Shown here: in pieces, positions 40,331 through 52,169 of the stretch
Layout of the letters: every line of letters starts with the position of its first letter
How positions within the stretch are numbered: position 1 is the first letter of the stretch
Assembly (NCBI GenBank): GCA_012513065.1
Contig: JAAZCX010000012.1
Coordinates: 31,938-95,937 of the forward strand
Source of the DNA: Clostridiaceae bacterium
GTDB lineage: Bacteria > Bacillota > Clostridia > TANB77 > CAG-508
Direction: 5' to 3'
DNA length: 64,000 nt
Notes under the pieces: model-generated
What the model was told of the DNA's origin: nothing
The model's input: the letters and a program-made list of their open reading frames with translations, nothing else
Databases searched by the model: none
Made by a program: the position numbers and the translations under genes

Positions 40331-41422
40331 TTATACATTAAATCTAAATAATACTATATCTCCATCTTGCATAATGTATTCTTTTCCTTCTGAACGAATT
40401 AATCCTTTTTCTTTACAAGCAACCATTGATCCTTGTTCCATTAATTCATTAAAAGATACTACTTCTGCTCTTATAAATCCTCTTTCAATATCTGAATGGA
40501 TTTTTCCAGCAGCTTGTGGAGCTTTAGTTCCTTTTTTTATTGTCCATGCTCTAACTTCTGGTTCACCAGCAGTTAAGAAACTCATTAGTCCTAATAAATC
40601 ATAACTTGTTTTTACTACTTTATCTAATCCTGATTCATCAAGTCCTAATGCTTCTAACATTTCTTTTTTATCATCACCTTCTAGAGATGATAATTCTTCT
40701 TCTATTTTTACACATAAAGGAATTACTTTTGCATTTTCTGTTTTTGCAAATTCCTTTACTTTATTTACTCTTTCATCATTTTGTGCATCTGCCATTTGTT
40801 CTTCTGAAACATTTGCAATATATAGTACTGGTTTTAAAGTTAATAAATATAAATCTTTTATTGTTTCTAGTTCTTCATCTGTTAATTCTACTGTTCTTGC
40901 ACATTTACCTGCATCTAATGTTTCTTTTATTTTTTCTAAGACATCTATTTCTGATTGAGCTTTTTTATCTGCTTTTAATCTTTTCTTTGCTGAATCTAAT
41001 CTTTTGTCAACCATTTCTAAATCTGAAAATATTAATTCTAAATTTATAGTTTCTACATCTCTTAATGGTTCTATACTTCCATCAACATGTACAATATTTG
41101 AATCATCAAAACATCTTACAACATGTGCTATTGCATCTACTTCACGAATATGTGATAAGAATTTATTTCCAAGACCTTCTCCCTTACTTGCTCCTTTTAC
41201 TAAACCTGCAATATCAACAAATTCTATAATTGCATGTGTTGTTTTTTCTGGATGATACATATTAGTTAGTTCATCTAATCTTTCATCTGGTACAGGTACT
41301 ACTCCTATATTTGGTTCTATTGTACAAAATGGATAATTTGCACATTCAGCTCCTGCATTTGTAATACTATTAAATAATGTTGATTTTCCTACATTTGGAA
41401 GTCCTACAATTCCAATTTTCAT
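40331..41422 (-). CDS. ychF: ribosome-binding ATPase YchF
   Basis: MKIGIVGLPNVGKSTLFNSIT..., a TGS domain at the C-terminus. Confidence 0.92.
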   Translation of the reverse strand: MKIGIVGLPNVGKSTLFNSITNAGAECANYPFCTIEPNIGVVPVPDERLDELTNMYHPEKTTHAIIEFVDIAGLVKGASKGEGLGNKFLSHIREVDAIAHVVRCFDDSNIVHVDGSIEPLRDVETINLELIFSDLEMVDKRLDSAKKRLKADKKAQSEIDVLEKIKETLDAGKCARTVELTDEELETIKDLYLLTLKPVLYIANVSEEQMADAQNDERVNKVKEFAKTENAKVIPLCVKIEEELSSLEGDDKKEMLEALGLDESGLDKVVKTSYDLLGLMSFLTAGEPEVRAWTIKKGTKAPQAAGKIHSDIERGFIRAEVVSFNELMEQGSMVACKEKGLIRSEGKEYIMQDGDIVLFRFNV

Positions 41423-41583
41423 TTTTGTTTTTCCTCTTTTCTGTTTTTTGTTTTATTAGAATAACATTTTTATAATTATTTTCAAAATTATTATACAATA
41501 ACAATAAAATATTTGCAATATTATTGTATATTGAACTTATATTTGTTCTTATACTTTATTAATAAAATATTTTTAAAAAATAA

Positions 41584-41604
41584 AGAGCCTTAATCTAAGG
41601 CTCT
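41584..41604 (-). terminator. rho-independent terminator (agagccttaatctaaggctct) for minus-strand transcription upstream of the ychF promoter
   Basis: 9-bp stem, 3-nt loop, followed on the minus strand by tttatttttt. Confidence 0.55.
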
Positions 41605-41609
41605 CCATT

Positions 41610-42040
41610 TGACATTTAGGATATCAATTGTTTATATTGTTACTTATTAACTAACAATTAGTGCCATTCGTAAAGTAAGAAATCAAGACTGGTATATCCT
41701 AAAGCTCCGAAACTCACTCTATACGTTCCTCCGTTGCAATTGCTAATTAGATTCACATCTGTTTTAGAGTATATATCCCTCCGAAACAATATATTAGATG
41801 TGTTGTTTGCAGGTGTAATGAAGAATCCGGATCAACCCACAAATTTAAATTTGAGCTTGCAGGAGGTGTAACATCATAATATACCGTAGATCCAACAATA
41901 GTTAATCCTTGCCGATGCACAAGTCCATTCACTTCATATATTCCTCCGTATCAATCTCTTCTACAGGAATATCAATTTCTGTCGCCATAACAGGTATAGA
42001 CGAAAAAATCATTAACATAGTAGCAATTACTGCTATAAAC
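41610..42040 (-). pseudogene. degraded gene for a small secreted protein (signal peptide plus GG[IT]Y-type repeats) in a locally GC-rich, CGG-rich block; the reading frame is broken at least twice
   Basis: GGAGG RBS then ATG, with MKYLKK + MFIAVIATMLMIFSSIPVMA/TEIDIPVEEIDTEEY in one frame (A7/A8 slip). Further pieces ...YGGIYEVNGLVHRQGLTIVGSTVYYDVTPPASS...CFGGIYTLKQM and ...CNGGTYRVSFGALGYTSLDFLLYEWH are in other frames. Seven CGG in about 350 nt. Confidence 0.3.
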
Positions 42041-42401
42041 ATTTTTTTAAATATTTCATTCTTTAAGCCTCCTTTTATTTGTTGATATCCTATGTCATAT
42101 AATATCTTAAATAAGATATATGTAATATTATAACGAAAAATGCTGAAATTTCAATAATACTCATATAAATAAAATTATAAATTTTTGACAGCTTTCGACT
42201 TTTTTTCACTTACAATTTGATACAATAAAAGTATTTATCCTATATAAAACTTTTTAATATTAATTTTTTAAGATAAGTAGTTTAAAAAGGTTAAAATTAA
42301 TTTAACAAATGATTGACAGAATGTGTTCTTCTTCTTGTTTTTATATAATGTAAACCATAATAAATTGTTTACTTTATACTTTTCCTTCTTTAATAATCAT
42401 T

Positions 42402-43583
42402 TTATTTTATATAATAAATATCACATGCATTCATTCTTTTTAAATGTTCAATCTTTTCTAATTTCATTGCTTTACTTAATTCATTAAGAATTCTTATATT
42501 GTCTTGTTCTTCATTTATAAACACAATTATTCCTTCTGATGTATCTTTTCCTTCGAAAATTTTCTTTATATTTCCATCTGTACACTCTATATCCCTTGCT
42601 ATGTAAGATTCATTTATTTTTGAAAATAATAATATATCATCTAAAAATCTGTTATGTTTTGAATTAAACCAATATACTGTAGGAATATTTAACTCATTTT
42701 CAAGTTTATACATAATATCTTTTTTATCACTATACGTTACTTGTGTCTCTATTTTTAATATAAACGGTAATATTATAATCATACTTACAAATATTATCAT
42801 TACTTTTAGTGTGTTTTTTTTACTAATAATTGTTTCAAATAGTTGATTTAATAGATAACACATAACTATAAAAATTAATGCACATATCGGCAACATATAT
42901 CTCAATTCTACCCACGGAGAAACTATTGCATCTAATATTAAATAAAATATTGTAGGTATATATACAAATTTAAAATATTTACTAATTTCAATTTTTGTAT
43001 TAATATTTTTAATTTTTCTATATATAAGTATTCCAATTATAGCAATAATAAATAAAAGCAAAATATTATTAAAGGCATAAAAATTTACTTCAATTAGATA
43101 TTCATGAACTTTTAATATAAACGAAGGCCATTTAATAACATCTGCTAATCCACTAATGGCTCCTCCTCCACCTCTATATCCAAAGAAAATATGTTGTATT
43201 GAAAAAGGAAATATTGTAATTGATATTATTGCTGCTATTACTAATGTAATAGTATAACTTTTTATTCTTTCATTTTTTCTATCAGCTAAAAACTGTAGTA
43301 TAGTTCTAAAATATAATGCTGCTAAATAAAATAAATAATAATAGTGTGTTAGAGAACCTATAGTTGCTACTATCCCTATCAATATTAATGTTTTTCTATC
43401 ATGCTTCTCATATAATTTTATATGTAAGTAAGTAGTTATAAGAATATTTAAAGTTACTAAAGCATACATTCTAATATATATAACATTTGTTAAAGATGCT
43501 AATGTTATAGAAGATATAAATGCTAATATAATAGCCTTTACTTTATAATTAGATTTTTCTTCTAATAATTTACCTAATATCAA
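42402..43583 (-). CDS. GT39/PMT_2-like polytopic membrane glycosyltransferase-like protein; appears N-terminally truncated (no ATG; the in-frame upstream TM segment is preceded by a stop)
   Basis: Multiple TM helices, a GYRGGGGAISG loop and a C-terminal soluble domain; begins at TTG and abuts a terminator. Confidence 0.4.
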   Translation of the reverse strand: MILGKLLEEKSNYKVKAIILAFISSITLASLTNVIYIRMYALVTLNILITTYLHIKLYEKHDRKTLILIGIVATIGSLTHYYYLFYLAALYFRTILQFLADRKNERIKSYTITLVIAAIISITIFPFSIQHIFFGYRGGGGAISGLADVIKWPSFILKVHEYLIEVNFYAFNNILLLFIIAIIGILIYRKIKNINTKIEISKYFKFVYIPTIFYLILDAIVSPWVELRYMLPICALIFIVMCYLLNQLFETIISKKNTLKVMIIFVSMIIILPFILKIETQVTYSDKKDIMYKLENELNIPTVYWFNSKHNRFLDDILLFSKINESYIARDIECTDGNIKKIFEGKDTSEGIIVFINEEQDNIRILNELSKAMKLEKIEHLKRMNACDIYYIK

Positions 43584-43650
43584 ATAAGCAAATATTGTTA
43601 TAAAAGCATATATAACTTTTTTAAATAAATTTTTAAGTATGTTAAACTAA

Positions 43651-43687
43651 AAAGCTAGAAATGTAATTTTTCAACATTTCTAGCTTT
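43651..43687 (-). terminator. rho-independent terminator downstream of tRNA-Thr/sigH
   Basis: aaagctagaaatg...catttctagcttt, a 13-bp stem with a T run on the minus strand. Confidence 0.55.
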
Positions 43688-43762
43688 AATCTATTTTTCT
43701 GTTAATTAAATTAATAAACGTACAACATCTATTATATAATTATAAATCTTATAAAATTGATT

Positions 43763-43838
43763 ATGGAGCTACTAACCAGAATCGAACTGGTGACCTCTAC
43801 CTTACCAAGGTAGCGCTCTACCGACTGAGCTATAGTAG
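43763..43838 (-). tRNA. tRNA-Thr (anticodon GGT), 76 nt with an encoded CCA end
   Basis: Reverse complement GCTACTATAGCTCAGTCGGTAGAGCGCTACCTTGGTAAGGTAGAGGTCACCAGTTCGATTCTGGTTAGTAGCTCCA. 7-bp acceptor stem, D and T arms, anticodon loop ttGGTaa. Confidence 0.85.
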
Positions 43839-43892
43839 CAAAAATTCATATATAAGAGTGCCATAATTTAATGTGACACTCTTAATTTACTA

Positions 43893-44531
43893 TTACATTT
43901 CTATATTTTTTATTGCTTTTTTTCTAATTCTTTGTATTGCATTATCAACTGATTTTACAGGAGTATCTAATTTTTCCGCTATTTTTATATAGCTTTCTCC
44001 TTGTATATATCTACTTAAAACTTGTTTTTCAAAACCACTTAGCAATTTATCAATACTTTTTTCAACTGCTTGATAGTATTCTTTTTTTGTTATTGTTTCT
44101 AAAGGATCTTCTGTCTGATGCGAGTCGAATACATCTAATATACTTGAATCCTCGTCTTCATCATATGCAGTTGTATTTAAAGACAAATATGAATTTAAAG
44201 GTATATGCTTTTGTCTATTTGAAGATTTTATAGCAGTAATTAATTGTCTTTCAATACATAAATTAGCAAAAGTTTTAAAAGAATTTTGTTTTTCTTCATT
44301 ATAACATTTTATAGCTTTAAACAAACCAATTAATCCTTCTTGTACTATATCTTCTCTTTCTGCTCCTATCATAAAGAATTTGCTTACTTTCATATTAACT
44401 AATTCTTTATATTTATCAATTAGGAACTCAAGTGCGAGTTTATCTCCAGATTTAATAATTGTAATTAAATCCTCATCTTTCATATCTTTATATTGGTCTA
44501 TCTCACAAAAATATAGTTTGCTGTCTTTCAT
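43893..44531 (-). CDS. sigH: RNA polymerase sporulation sigma factor SigH
   Basis: ...GAEREDIVQEGLIGLFKAIKCYNEEKQNSFKTFANLCIERQLITAIKSSNRQKHIPLNSY..., near-identical in pattern to Bacillus SigH regions 2 and 3. Confidence 0.85.
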   Translation of the reverse strand: MKDSKLYFCEIDQYKDMKDEDLITIIKSGDKLALEFLIDKYKELVNMKVSKFFMIGAEREDIVQEGLIGLFKAIKCYNEEKQNSFKTFANLCIERQLITAIKSSNRQKHIPLNSYLSLNTTAYDEDEDSSILDVFDSHQTEDPLETITKKEYYQAVEKSIDKLLSGFEKQVLSRYIQGESYIKIAEKLDTPVKSVDNAIQRIRKKAIKNIEM

Positions 44532-44720
44532 ATAACTTTAAGTCCTCCGATAAAATTCTTTGTTTATGTGTATTATAAGTCAGTAAACCTTAGAATGTCA
44601 ATAGAAATTTGTGTTTTTGTTGCTATTTTTTAATTCTTATACTATAATTAGGTGAATTTAATTTAAATATTTAACATTTTTGATATATAAAATGTTTGTA
44701 TTTTAAAAAAGGAGTATTTT

Positions 44721-46421
44721 ATGGCTTTTGATGGAATTGTCCTAAAAAATGTTATTTCAGAATTAAACACTTGCTTAATAGGCGGAAAAATAAATAAAAT
44801 ATATGAACCTAATAAAAACGAAATTATATTAGGCATTTATTCTAATGGAAAAAATTACGGCTTACTTTGTAATATATCTTCAAATGCTTATCGTATGCAT
44901 TTAACAACTAATAGTAAACCCAATCCAATGAATGCACCTAATTTTTGTATGCTACTTAGAAAACATCTAATTGGTTTTAAGATAAAATCAATATCATCTC
45001 CTTCATTAGAAAGAATTGCCTCTATTGAATTAGAAGGTTTTAATGAGCTTAATGATTTATTAACTAAGACTCTTGTTATAGAATTAATGGGAAAACATAG
45101 TAATATTATTTTATTAAATGAAAACAATATTATAATTGATAGTATTAGACATTTAGATATGTCTTCCGGATCATTACGTGATATTTTGCCAGCAAGAGAA
45201 TATGCTTTTCCTACCTCAGATAAAAAAAATTTCATAAGCATTTCTGGCAATTCTTTTATTGATAATATTATAAAAGAAGATTTTATAAAGTCTATATCAG
45301 ACGTTTATACTGGATTTAGTAATACTTTTGTAAATGAAATAACTAAATCTTTAAATATTTCTAATAAAGATTTAAATAATGATAATATTTCTTTAATATA
45401 TAATAAAATTACATATATATTAAACCATTTAGGAACAAATAATATTTCTTGTTATAAAATATCTGATAAGGATTATACAATTTCTGCTATTCCTTCTGAT
45501 ACCTTTTTACAAACAAATTTCTTTTTAGATGATTTTTATTTTACCAAAGAACAAAATGATTCTATCTTAACCTACAAGAACAATCTTTTAAGGTTAGTTC
45601 TTATAGCATTAAAGAAAATATCTAAAAAAATATGTAATATAAACTTAAAATTAAAAGAATGTGAAGATATGGATAAATATCGAATATACGGAGAATTAAT
45701 TACATCAAACTTATATCATATAGATGCTAATATTAATAAAGAAAATATTACTTTATCAAATTATTATGATAATAATAATTCTATATCAATTCCATTAGAT
45801 TCAACCATTTCTATTTCATATAATGCTAAAAAATTCTTTAAAAAATACCATAAATTAAAGAATACACTAGAAATAGTTTCAGAGCAAAAAATCCAAGCTG
45901 AAAAAGAATTGGATTATTTAGAAAGTATTGTTTATGAATTAGAAAACGCTACATCTATTTCTGAACTTGATGAGATTTATGCAGAAATTTGTGAAAATGG
46001 TATTTTTAAAGTAAATGAAAAATCAAATATTAAGAAAAACAAAATTAATAAACGAAAAATAAATGATGAATATGAACCAATTATTTATACAGTAGATGGA
46101 TTTTCATTATATGTTGGAAAAAATAATAAACAAAATGATTATATTACTACTAAACTTGGTAAAAATGAAGATTATTGGTTTCATACTAAAGATATTAGAG
46201 GTAGTCATTGTTTATTAAAATGTAATGGCAAACAAGTAAAAGAACATACTTTAATTGCTTGTGCTCAGATAGCTGCATTTCACAGTAAAGCAAAGCTTTC
46301 TTCAAATGTTCCTGTTGACTACTGTTTTATAAAGAATGTTAAAAAACCTTCTAATAGTAAACCAGGTATGGTTATTTATACTAATAATAAAACTTTAAAT
46401 GTTAATCCAAAGCAATTATAA
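44721..46421 (+). CDS. rqcH: ribosome quality control protein RqcH (NFACT/FbpA family)
   Basis: N-terminal NFACT-N (MAFDGIVLKNVISELN...), coiled-coil middle, and a C-terminal NFACT-R-like domain with ...KDIRGSHCLLK. Confidence 0.8.
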   Translation: MAFDGIVLKNVISELNTCLIGGKINKIYEPNKNEIILGIYSNGKNYGLLCNISSNAYRMHLTTNSKPNPMNAPNFCMLLRKHLIGFKIKSISSPSLERIASIELEGFNELNDLLTKTLVIELMGKHSNIILLNENNIIIDSIRHLDMSSGSLRDILPAREYAFPTSDKKNFISISGNSFIDNIIKEDFIKSISDVYTGFSNTFVNEITKSLNISNKDLNNDNISLIYNKITYILNHLGTNNISCYKISDKDYTISAIPSDTFLQTNFFLDDFYFTKEQNDSILTYKNNLLRLVLIALKKISKKICNINLKLKECEDMDKYRIYGELITSNLYHIDANINKENITLSNYYDNNNSISIPLDSTISISYNAKKFFKKYHKLKNTLEIVSEQKIQAEKELDYLESIVYELENATSISELDEIYAEICENGIFKVNEKSNIKKNKINKRKINDEYEPIIYTVDGFSLYVGKNNKQNDYITTKLGKNEDYWFHTKDIRGSHCLLKCNGKQVKEHTLIACAQIAAFHSKAKLSSNVPVDYCFIKNVKKPSNSKPGMVIYTNNKTLNVNPKQL

Positions 46422-46466
46422 AAGGACTATATAAATAGTCCTTTTTCTTTATTATGTCTTAATATT

Positions 46467-46709
46467 TTAATCTTCTCTTACTTTATATTCTATTTTTTCC
46501 ATAAAAGGAAACATCTCTTTTACTCTCTTCCTTGTAAGCATTTCAGTAACTGGTAGAGGATTTTTTTCATGTATTGATAATAGTTTTTGTGTATAACAAT
46601 TTTCTGATGTTTTAAATAATAAATATCTATTTCTTACATATGTATAATATATTTGATATCCTTCTTCTAGTTCTTCTTCAAATTTTTCAAATGTATAATT
46701 CTTATCCAA
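46467..46709 (-). CDS. hypothetical small protein (80 aa)
   Basis: ORF between rqcH and ligA; no motif recognised. Confidence 0.3.
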   Translation of the reverse strand: MDKNYTFEKFEEELEEGYQIYYTYVRNRYLLFKTSENCYTQKLLSIHEKNPLPVTEMLTRKRVKEMFPFMEKIEYKVRED

Positions 46710-46721
46710 TTAATTTCTCCT

Positions 46722-48728
<2,007 letters not shown>

Positions 48729-48797
48729 TTAAACTTTTATGCTTTAATATATGTGTTTTAGTTATTATATACAAAAGAAATGAAAAAATAAATAGTT

Positions 48798-49326
48798 TTA
48801 AGCATAAAAATACGAATATAATATTTCTTCTTCATTAATATTATTTTCTTTCATGTAATCATCACATTTTTTCTCTAATAATCTAAAATCACAACACCTA
48901 TTTAATAAATCTTCATTTACATGTTTATTTAATATTAAATAATATAAATTTCTTGCTCTGTTTTCTATTCTTAATCTATTTTGTAATATCCACTTAATCT
49001 GATTTGATAATATATATTTATATTTTTCATCTTTTATAGTTAAAATATCTATTTTTTCTAAATACTTTTTAGGTATAGGAACCATATTATTTAAATTAAT
49101 TCCACCGAAGTTTTCCATTATCAATTTTTAGAAAATCTTGCATATTTTTCATCATAATATGTTTCTTTTTAGGTGATGTTAATGGTGCAAAGAAGTTTTT
49201 ACCGTTAACATTTAATATTACTCCTACAAATGGTCTATTTTCTTTTTTGTTCTTTATATATGGTATTTTAGGTTCATAATAATGTAAATAATTACAGTAT
49301 TCTACATCAGCTTTGTATAATTCCAT
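48798..49326 (-). CDS. ToxN/AbiQ-family type III toxin-antitoxin toxin (endoribonuclease), frameshifted by an extra nucleotide at plus 49107
   Basis: MELYKADVEYCNYLHYYEPKIPYIKNKKENRPFVGVILNVNGKNFFAPLTSPKKKH... is the ToxN/AbiQ signature (xFxGIVL...YxAPLTSPKxKH). Deleting the C in cttCggtgg joins it to ...GGINLNNMVPIPKKYLEKIDIL...RCCDFRLLEKK. Confidence 0.7.
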
Positions 49327-49485
49327 TTCTATCCTTTCTTTTTTGTTTTATACTTTTTTATTCTATATTTTTTATATTGCTTAGTCAATTTATTTTATGT
49401 AAATTCTTTTAAAAGTTTTTGACATAAAAATAAGAAAAACTACAAAATTTGACTATTTTAAACAAATTTAATAGTTTTTCTTCTA

Positions 49486-52107
49486 TTATTGCATTTTTTC
49501 TTTTATTTTTACTAATGTATTTAATGCATCTATTGGTGTTAATGCATTTAAATCTATTTTATCAATTTCTTGTGCAAGTTCAGCCAATTTATAATTTCCC
49601 ATATCTAACTGTCCTTGTACTAGTTTTTTGTTTTGTTTTTCTTGTAGTTTTCCGTTTAATATATTTTTTCTTTCTAATGAATGTAATATGTCATTTGCTC
49701 TTTTTGTTACATCTTTTGGAACACCTGCAAGTCTTGCTACATGTACTCCATAACTTTCATCTGTTCCTCCTGCAACTATTTTTCTTAAAAAGATAATATC
49801 TTCTCCCTTTTCTTTTACTGCAATCGAATAATTTTTTATTCCTTCTAATTTATTTTCTAACTCTGTCAATTCATGATAATGTGTTGCAAATAATGTTTTA
49901 GCACCTGATTTTTCTTTATCTGCAATATATTCTGATACTGCCCATGCAATTGATAATCCATCATATGTAGAAGTTCCTCTTCCTATTTCATCTAGTATTA
50001 CTAAACTGTTTGATGTTGCATTTTTTAATATATTTGCAACTTCCATCATTTCTACCATAAATGTACTTTGACCCATACTTAAATCATCTGATGCACCTAC
50101 TCTTGTAAATATTTTATCAACAACTCCAATTCTTGCAGAGCTTGCTGGTACAAATGATCCTACTTGAGCCATTAATGTTATTAAAGCAACTTGTCTCATA
50201 TATGTTGATTTACCCGCCATGTTAGGTCCTGTTATAATTGCAAGTCTAGAATCTTGTTTATCTAAATATGTATCATTTTGAACAAAACTTCCTGCTGATA
50301 ACATTTTTTCTATAACTGGATGTCTTCCATCTTTTATATCAATTATTCCACTATTATCTACTATCGGTTCTTGATAATTCATATCTTCTGCTACTATAGC
50401 TAGTGAGCATACAACATCTAAGTTTGAAATTACCTCTGCTGATTTTTGAATTCTTTTAATTTTTCCCTCAATATCTTCTCTTATTTCTGTAAAAGCATTA
50501 TATTCTAAGTTTATTACTCTTTCCTCTGCACCTAATATTTGATTTTCTAAATTTTTCAATTCTTCTGTTATATATCTTTCACCATTTGTTAATGTTTGTT
50601 TACGAATATATCTGTCTGGAACTAATGATATGTTTGATTTTGTAACTTCTATATAATATCCAAATACTCTATTGAATCCTATTTTCAAACCTTTAATTCC
50701 AGTTATTTCTCTTTCTTTAGCTTCTAATTCTAATATCCATATTTTACCTTGAGTAGTTGCTTGTTTTAAATGGTCAATTTCCTCATTATAACCTATTTTT
50801 ATTAATCCACCTTCTTTTATAGTCATTGGCGGTTCATCAATAATTGCTTCTTCTATCAAGTCATGTATATCTTTTAGTTCATCTAAATTTTCATATAATT
50901 CATGTAACAAATTAGATTTACAATTTTCTAATACTTTTTTAACTTCTGGTAATTGTTTCGTAGAATTCTTTAAAGATACTAAATCTCTTCCGTTTGCACT
51001 ACCATATGATATCTTTCCTGCTAGTCTTTCCATATCATATACTTTTTTTAGGCAGTCAATAATATCTCCTCTTAGCATATTGTTGTTTTTTAATTCTCTT
51101 ACCGCTTCTAATCTATTATTAATTTCCCATACATCTATTAATGGATCATTTAACCATCTTCTTAACATTCTTCCACCCATTGAAGTAGATGTTTTGTCTA
51201 GTACCCATAAAAGAGTTCCCTTTTTAGATTTATCACGCATTTTTTCTGTTATTTCTAAATTTCTTCTTGCACTGATATCAAGTGCCATATATTTTGTTAT
51301 ATTATATATTACTATTTTATTTATATGATCTAATTTTGTTTTCTGTGTTTCTAATAAATAATTTAATAGTCCATTAATTGATGCAACCGCAATATTTTTA
51401 TCTTCTAAATTGTCAATTTTATCTTCATGGTCATCTATAAATAAATATTTATCCAATAAATTTATTTCATTTTGTAAGAAACTCTCTTCTTTAACTCGTG
51501 ATATATATACTTCAAAACGTTCTTTTATTGTTGATATTTCTTCTAAAGAATCATACATAAATGGATTAACTATAATTTCTGCTGGATTATATCTTGATAT
51601 TTCATCTAATAGTTTAGAAAAATTATTATCTTGTATTATTTCTGTTGTTCTAAAATCTCCTGTTGATATATCACATACACTAACTCCAAAATATAACCCT
51701 GTTTTATAAATTGACATTATATAATTATTTTTATTTTCATCAAGTAAATTACTCTCTATTACTGTTCCTGGTGTTACTACACGAATTACTCCTCTTTTAA
51801 CCATTCCTTTTGCTTGTTTTGCATCTTCTAATTGTTCACATATAGCAACTTTATATCCTCTTTCAATCAACCTTGCAATATATGTATCTGCTGCATGAAA
51901 TGGTATTCCACACATAGGAGCTCTTTCTTCTTGTCCACATAGTTTTCCTGTTAATGTTAATTCTAATTCTTTTGATACTCGTATTGCATCATCAAAAAAC
52001 ATTTCATAAAAATCGCCTAATCTATAAAATAAAATACAATCTTTGTATTCTTCTTTGGTCTTCAAATATTCTTGCATCATAGGTGAAAATTCTGATATTT
52101 CTGCCAT
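49486..52107 (-). CDS. mutS: DNA mismatch repair protein MutS
   Basis: 873 aa; Walker A GPNMAGKST and the mismatch-binding N-domain (PMMQQY-like MQEYLK). Confidence 0.95.
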   Translation of the reverse strand: MAEISEFSPMMQEYLKTKEEYKDCILFYRLGDFYEMFFDDAIRVSKELELTLTGKLCGQEERAPMCGIPFHAADTYIARLIERGYKVAICEQLEDAKQAKGMVKRGVIRVVTPGTVIESNLLDENKNNYIMSIYKTGLYFGVSVCDISTGDFRTTEIIQDNNFSKLLDEISRYNPAEIIVNPFMYDSLEEISTIKERFEVYISRVKEESFLQNEINLLDKYLFIDDHEDKIDNLEDKNIAVASINGLLNYLLETQKTKLDHINKIVIYNITKYMALDISARRNLEITEKMRDKSKKGTLLWVLDKTSTSMGGRMLRRWLNDPLIDVWEINNRLEAVRELKNNNMLRGDIIDCLKKVYDMERLAGKISYGSANGRDLVSLKNSTKQLPEVKKVLENCKSNLLHELYENLDELKDIHDLIEEAIIDEPPMTIKEGGLIKIGYNEEIDHLKQATTQGKIWILELEAKEREITGIKGLKIGFNRVFGYYIEVTKSNISLVPDRYIRKQTLTNGERYITEELKNLENQILGAEERVINLEYNAFTEIREDIEGKIKRIQKSAEVISNLDVVCSLAIVAEDMNYQEPIVDNSGIIDIKDGRHPVIEKMLSAGSFVQNDTYLDKQDSRLAIITGPNMAGKSTYMRQVALITLMAQVGSFVPASSARIGVVDKIFTRVGASDDLSMGQSTFMVEMMEVANILKNATSNSLVILDEIGRGTSTYDGLSIAWAVSEYIADKEKSGAKTLFATHYHELTELENKLEGIKNYSIAVKEKGEDIIFLRKIVAGGTDESYGVHVARLAGVPKDVTKRANDILHSLERKNILNGKLQEKQNKKLVQGQLDMGNYKLAELAQEIDKIDLNALTPIDALNTLVKIKEKMQ

Positions 52108-52169
52108 ATTATCTTTCTCCTTTATTTATGTTATCTTTTTCTAACATCTCTAGTTTAATAAATTCATAA

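Noticed and set aside
40606-41049. 147-aa plus-strand ORF rich in L/F/I/H, antisense to ychF, with similar antisense ORFs at 1576..1968, 10711..10920, 47210..47518, 48028..48477, 40374..40604 and others
   Set aside because: They lie entirely inside strongly supported genes on the opposite strand and have the low-complexity, hydrophobic composition expected from reading AT-rich coding DNA backwards; none has an RBS.
41610-42040. Interpretation of the GC-rich block as a structured non-coding RNA (riboswitch, 6S, RNase P or similar)
   Set aside because: It begins with a GGAGG RBS, an ATG and a textbook signal peptide, and the downstream frames encode repeat-containing peptide-like sequence. A decayed CDS explains it better, and no conserved RNA motif was recognised.
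49327-49485. ToxI-like tandem antitoxin repeats upstream of the toxN-like gene
   Set aside because: Manual k-mer comparison found only a short inverted repeat and no tandem direct repeats of about 35 nt. The absence is kept as a finding, and no antitoxin feature is called.
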